From NCBI GenBank assembly GCA_000708835.1, contig DF237149.1, positions 62,001 to 126,000 of the forward strand: a stretch of 64,000 nt of DNA, in the 5' to 3' direction. The DNA comes from Klebsormidium nitens. Lineage: Eukaryota; Plantae; Klebsormidiophyceae. How positions within the stretch are numbered: position 1 is the first letter of the stretch; each line of letters begins with the position of its first letter. Positions 58,501 to 64,000 of the stretch are shown piece after piece. Both the position numbers and the translations under genes were made by a program. The notes below the pieces were generated by a model, which saw nothing but the letters and a program-made list of their open reading frames with translations, was not told where the DNA came from and did no database searches.

Positions 58501-60392
58501 CTCCGCTCCCACTCCCAAAACCCACAGCCAAGGGAAAGCGCTGGCCGTTCGATCTGCAAAACCCACAGCCGAAGACAAACGTTGGCCGTTCGATTTGCAG
58601 ATGGGCTCCTACACTGGCGGCACCCCCGGTCGCCTCCTCGAGGTCTATCCCCCCTTCCCGACCGACCTCGCCTCCGGCCTCAAGCCCGCCTTCGCTGAAT
58701 ACGGCACGGGGGGTCCCGGCGAGGACACAATGAACCCCCACGGACTGGACGTGAACGCCGACTCGACCATCGCAATTACCGGAGACTTCATCGAGCCCGT
58801 TTCGCTCTTCGCGGGATCCCCTGACCAGATCAAGTTCCGCGACACCATCCGCATCTGGCGCCGGAACGTGAACGGAAGCACCGGGTGGACCAACACCAAG
58901 ACGTTCACCGTGCCCGGGGCTGGGGGCGTGCAGGACGTGCAGGTGCGGTGTTCCGTTTCCGGTCGTACACTGTGTTCCGGTCATACACGCGTCAGTCTCC
59001 GGCGGCAGGATTGATCACGACAGAGTCAAGTCTTGCTCATGTGTTCTGGTAATGACCGCGTCTTTCTCTGGTGGCGAGATAGGATCTTGTTCAGGGTCCA
59101 TTCGTTTTCATTTGTTCATCTATTTCATCGTTCTCGCGTCTTTCCCTGGCGGCAGAATGGAATCTTGTCAATCCAGACGAAATTTGCCATTTCATCGTTC
59201 TCGCGTCTTTCCCTGGCGGCAGAATGGAATCTTGCCGATTGATAGACTAGACGCTGGAGGCTTGAGACGGCAACTTACACGAAATCTGCCTTTCTNNNNN
59301 NNNNNNNNNNNNNNNNNNNNNNNNNNNNNNNNNNNNNNNNNNNNNNNNNNNNNNNNNNNNNNNNNNNNNNNNNNNNNNNNNNNNNNNNNNNNNNNNNNNN
59401 NNNNNNNNNNNNNNNNNNNNNNNNNNNNNNNNNNNNNNNNNNNNNNNNNNNNNNNNNNNNNNNNNNNNNNNNNNNNNNNNNNNNNNNNNNNNNNNNNNNN
59501 NNNNNNNNNNNNNNNNNNNNNNNNNNNNNNNNNNNNNNNNNNNNNNNNNNNNNNNNNNNNNNNNNNNNNNNNNNNNNNNNNNNNNNNNNNNNNNNNNNNN
59601 NNNNNNNNNNNNNNNNNNNNNNNNNNNNNNNNNNNNNNNNNNNNNNNNNNNNNNNNNNNNNNNNNNNNNNNNNNNNNNNNNNNNNNNNNNNNNNGCCTCC
59701 AGCGTCTATTGTATCAGTCGGCAATCTGCCTTTCACAAGCCTCCAGCGGCCAGATTCTCAAGCCTCCAGCGTCTATTGTATCAGTCGGCAGACTTATATT
59801 TGGTCCATCTTAAGCCTTGAGACTTCAGCTTCTTGAGTTTCTCGAGTCTAACATTCAACCTCTCTTCTCTTCCCTTGGACAGTTCATCCCCGGCGATGCC
59901 CAGCAGCGCGCGCTCGCGACGCTCGTCAACGGCAACGGCCTGGCGCTGGTCAACCCGACGACCGAGACCGTGTCCGTCGTCTACAACTTCGCCAACGAGA
60001 CGTGCGTGCCCCACGTGTCCGACATTTCCAACGACGGCAAGAAGTACTTTGTTTCGTGCATCGGCCTCGGCCAGGTGTGGATGATCGACATCTCCAACCC
60101 CGAGGCGCCCTTCAAGCTCGACGCCAAGGACACCGGCGGTCCCAGCTCCAACCCCCACTTCGTGCGCCTCACCCCCAACGACGACCGGTTGTTCGTCTCA
60201 AACTACTTCGTCACGGCCGGGCTCGCGTCGTCCCCCGGCGCGCGGAATGTGCTGTCGTTCAACGTGGGGGCGACCAGCCTTGAGGCCGACACTGCCTTCG
60301 GGTCGCTGTCGTTTGCTAACGTTGTGGACGACAACGGTGTGCAGACCAACTCCCGCCCCCACGGGATGACGGTCAACTATCTGAGCTGCTAG
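55542..60392 (+). CDS. Selenium-binding-protein (SBP56)/methanethiol-oxidase-like beta-propeller with two N-terminal Cys-rich modules; first exon not located
   Basis: Exons 55542-55709, 56276-56443, 56979-57103, 57540-57785, 58601-58942, 59883-60392 are in phase. Motifs LLYVWAG, DYVGVVSID…YGK, GTEAHHMG, MGSYTGGTPGRLLE, NPHGLD, DFIEP, GGVQDVQFIPG, NPHFVRLTP, SNYFV, RPHG. Confidence 0.8.
56720..56915. repeat. Intronic degenerate minisatellite
   Basis: cttcttatgcactca twice; ctcgggttaactcattctcgggt…agcact units repeated. Confidence 0.7.
57790..57970. repeat. Intronic minisatellite of about 30 bp, 5-6 degenerate copies
   Basis: gttctgaagatcggttcagaaagga… repeated. Confidence 0.8.
58404..58529. 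repeat. 28-bp minisatellite, 4.5 perfect copies
   Basis: caaaacccacagcctccgctcccactcc starting at 58404, 58432, 58460, 58488 and 58516 (partial). Confidence 0.95.
59296..59694. other. Assembly gap (399 N) inside an intron of the SBP-like gene
   Basis: Run of N flanked by short repeats. Confidence 0.99.
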
Positions 60393-60549
60393 AGGAGAGT
60401 TTTGTCGAACTTCATGAGGCTTAATGAGAGGTTGACCTTTTTTCTTGGTTAGTCAGGATAGCGGTTAGTGAGAACGTCGACTTTTTGAGGTGCTGGAGTG
60501 TAAGAATCCGGACATACCCCTTCTTGACTTTGTGGCTCAATTACCTAGT

Positions 60550-60715
60550 AACTTATGCCATAGACATACTTATGCCATAGACATAGCGCAGTTTGTACCT
60601 CCAAGTCAAGTTGGTGTGGGCGCAGTTTGTACCTCCAAGTCAAGTTGGTGTGGGCGTAAGTCGTCAGTACTTAGTCAGTTGAGTTTTAGTTGAGTTTTAG
60701 TTGAGTTCATTGAGT
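60550..60715. repeat. Cluster of short tandem duplications downstream of the SBP-like gene
   Basis: ttatgccatagacata x2; gcgcagtttgtacctccaagtcaagttggtgtgg x2; ttgagttttag x2-3. Confidence 0.8.
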
Positions 60716-62825
60716 GCATTGAGTGAAAAACCGAGGCTTCGGTTGGTGTAGGTGTGAGTGGGTAGTCACTTTTTAAGTCATCATAATGCGGCTGATAATG
60801 ACATGCATCGAGGCTCCATGCAAATGCGGAAACGACAGCTGCAAAAATTGAGGCTTCGGTTGGACGTTGTCGGAAAGAGTCCCGCTAAGAGAGCGCTTAG
60901 TATTTGCTTGATGCTTAATGTGTGACCGACTGCCTTTTTCCCATTGAAGGTCCGCAAACGCGGTATAAGGGCGAAATGAAGGCTGCACTTATACCCAAGC
61001 CGCAATTGTTTTCATTACTAACGAGAGCTGCGAAAAGTTTGCGTGCCAAACTTGCATGCACATGCAAGCTTTGCTGGAGTCATTTTTGTTTGAACGATTC
61101 AGTAAACGAGGCGATCCTGGATGTTCACAACTGCAAGTTAAAGGCCATGCCTATATCCAAGCTAAATTGTCAGCTTAGGAACGAGAACCAGTGCGGAAAA
61201 TCAGCCGCCAAACTTGGTTTTGAGAGCTGGATGTTCTCGACGTTCAGTGCATGTTAATAAAAGCTCTTAGGATGCTACATATCTATACTGTAGTCGCCCA
61301 ACATCCTTGTAAGTACTGAGCATGTACGTGCGTGCAAACTGATTGTCCGGACATGGGCCCTAGGTCACACATGCAAGCAGGGGCGATCAGTGCAGGAGGC
61401 TTGTCAATGGTGAGCATCACGTCTTGATCGAACCCGGTTCTAGTGTGACGCAACGCCCCATCCGGCCGCATCAACATTTTCCGCTTTGGTGTAGTAGCTG
61501 CCGGAGTCGCGGCCGGCAACTGTCGGACGCGGCCGCAGGGTTTATGTACGAAGTTCTGTAGGCACCGGCCAATCTTGGCCGTTCAGATAAAGCATGATGG
61601 TCGATCATCAACGGTCCAAAGCTATGGGCTGCTTCGTGTTGATCCGGTTCGTCTGAAACGGCCTGCCGGCCCGGACATGGGAGAGACTCAATTTAATGAG
61701 ATACGACAAAGGTATGAGATAATATAGGAGAATAGGTAGCTCCAATAGGTAGCTCAGTTCGAGGGAGACTGTGGGGAGAGTCCGCAAGGAAGAAGTAGAG
61801 ACTTTGCTTCTAGAGGCGCTCATCTCTGATGCAGTGAAAAGACACTCATGAGCAGCTCGACCTCCTCATCATTCATGTGCATCCGGACAGTGACTGCAGT
61901 GGCGCCGATCTTCATTTGTAAGTGAACATGAATGTTATGCAATTTGATTCGGAACGTAACTTCTATTGCAATGGTGACTGTTCATACATGCAGCTGAAGT
62001 GAATAAGATCCGGGCGGCTGCGGGAAGAATCCTCGAAGAAGGGGTGTTCGTCACACTAGCTGGGCAACTACACCGCGGACGTGCCAGGTTAACCGGTGCA
62101 GTGTCATAAGACCACGTGCGCGATGTGCATGCATCTGAAGTGCATCAAGACAAATATTTGCAGGCAAAAATGACATGGTGACGTTCAACTACTTGCAGAC
62201 GCACGGCTGGTCTGGACATCACCGGGTTTTGCATGGGGTGACCCCTGGCAAAGTAAAGCTGGATACCGGACTCGGCAGCTAGGCCGGACGATTGATCTGA
62301 TCATGATCGTTCGCGCTCAAGCTCAATCATATAGCTACACAGTGACCACCCTTCTCACCCCTTCCGTACAAAGACAGCGGCCCTCTATTTGAGTTCCAAA
62401 CTATCAAATTGCTAGCAAGATCACACCCTCAAGCACGCAGCGTATTGCACCACTAGAACTCATGTTTAGAAAGCCTCTTATGTCCACGTTACCTCCCTTG
62501 AGCTGCCTAACCAGATAATTACACTTACCCCGATCCTAGGCTGGCCTAAGTCATGATACAGTCTGTCTTCTCCGGTAACTTTTTGAGCATCCCTAACCAC
62601 ACGAGCTTCCCCGAGAAAAATGTGTACACTGTCCTGATCAGCCTTATACCGCGGGCGTCGTCATTCCTACCCGTTTCCTTTTCAGGCAGCGAGTTTATCG
62701 TTCTATTTTCTGTACATGATCCGCTATGAGCTTGACCCTAGCGACCTGATCCTGGCTCAAGTCTATGTCATCGAGCCCGAGGTTTTAATCATGAAGGCGC
62801 GAAGCCCCGCGCTCCGGTACGGGCT

Positions 62826-64000
62826 TTATAACCTAAAGTATGCATGTATGCCCGGCCCCAGAAGGAGCGCCATCAGCGAAACGACAATGAACTCCACGAA
62901 ATCCAAACCTTTGGCAGTGTGTGCAATGTACAGTCCGACGAGAACGGACAGTGTCGCCAGGACTGATAGCGCCACTGAGCGCGTCTCGTCGATGGGGGGC
63001 AAGCTCCGGTCCGCCAGTTTGAGCGCTTGTTGGAGCATCGAAAGGAGCGCCGCGTCGGTGATCGGATCCAGTTCGTCATCCTCCTGCGATGAAGGGAGCA
63101 AAACTTGGTTATCAGGTATGTGAGATTCAGGCCCCAAGAGCCTTAACCCCGAGGGCCTTGAACGAAAAGAGTAGCCGGTTTGAACGCGCGGGGCAAAACT
63201 TCTGTACGCAGATCATGTGGAACTCAGGCGCAGAGACCCTTAAACAAAGAGAGAGATCAGGCGCTGGAGCATTTAACAAAATGCCCGATCGAATCCAGTT
63301 CAACATGCTCTTGCAAGGACGGAGGCAAGCCTTTTCCGCAAACCACAGGGAGACGAGAACACAATAGTGCAGCCAGTTCTCCGCCCTTGTGAGAAGACGG
63401 AGAGACGAAACGAGCAGATCCCAAGGCCTCAGAGCTGCTTGTCCTCCCTATTGCCCTATCCGTTTCGTTTCAAGCAAGGACGGAACGGAAAAGCAGAACA
63501 AGGAGCTGAAAACGAATCAGATTTCTAGCAGACAAGGGAACGGTAGTGCAGTCAGTATTTCGTCCTGGTAAGAGGACGGAGACACGGAATGGGCTGATCT
63601 GAAGGCCTCAGGGCTGCTTACCCTCTCTTTCATTCCAAGCAAGGCCGGTCGGGAAAGCAGAACGTAGTAACTGACACCAGAGCAGCCCTCAAACCAAACG
63701 GAAGCGGAAGCGGAAAGACTAGTTCTGCGAGTGAAACCTTGCTAGTGAAGCTGGCACGATCAGGAGGGAGTCGCCGACGTTCACTCCCAGAGTCTCCGCA
63801 ATCCAACGTACTGCGGCAACGGAAGCACCAGATCCGCGAGCTGACTGACCTGCTCGCGGCTGATAAAGCTAGCAATTCCAAAGGCCGAGTCCCAGTCTCC
63901 CCAATTCCAAAGGAAAGCGGAACGAGAGGAACTAGACTCACGAGGAAACTGACCTGTTCGCGGCCGGTGAAGCTGGCAATGTCGAAAACAGAGTCTCCGG
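62826..64000 (-). CDS. 3' end of an unidentified membrane protein with two C-terminal hydrophobic helices; gene extends beyond the right edge
   Basis: An exon ending at 63954 (…FDIASFTGREQ|gtcagt) joins in phase 0 to exon 63083-62826 (tcgcag|EDDELDPI…VALSVLATLSVLVGLYI…FVEFIVVSLMALLLGPGIHAYFRL*). Donor echoes at about 63740 and 63850 support the minus strand. Confidence 0.6.

Noticed and set aside
62716-64000. Plus-strand Ser-rich gene (ORF 62716..63123 plus an open frame at 63644-64000)
   Set aside because: It is the antisense shadow of the minus-strand membrane protein exon. Splice-site echoes and codon pattern support the minus strand.

Overview
Eukaryotic, intron-rich nuclear DNA. Its gene content and intron style suggest a streptophyte green alga such as Klebsormidium, but that assignment is inference. 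Most ORFs in the six-frame track are spurious or single exons, so I rebuilt the genes by hand from splice sites and reading-frame phase. Two unexpected multi-domain fusion genes dominate the window. (1) A 25-exon minus-strand gene of about 1,502 aa (50957->31352) that splices in phase throughout. It reads DEP-DEP / phytochelatin-synthase-like protease (triad intact) / second PCS-like domain (triad lost) / gamma-glutamylamine-cyclotransferase-like domain / HFCD (PPC-decarboxylase/HAL3-like) flavoprotein with the catalytic His but no catalytic Cys / ankyrin repeats. It looks like a glutathione or gamma-Glu-Cys processing line in one polypeptide. (2) An ammonium transporter fused in frame to a clade-D-like PP2C phosphatase (11202->692, continuing past the left edge); its DG metal-binding motif reads ASGGLW instead of ASDGLW. 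Other genes: a universal stress protein, a coiled-coil hypothetical protein, PTH2 head-to-head with STN1, an SBP56/methanethiol-oxidase-like beta-propeller with two Cys-rich exon modules, and the 3' end of a membrane protein. Many introns carry degenerate tandem 'echo' copies of the adjacent splice junction. There is also a TA-flanked MITE-like element, several minisatellites and two assembly gaps.
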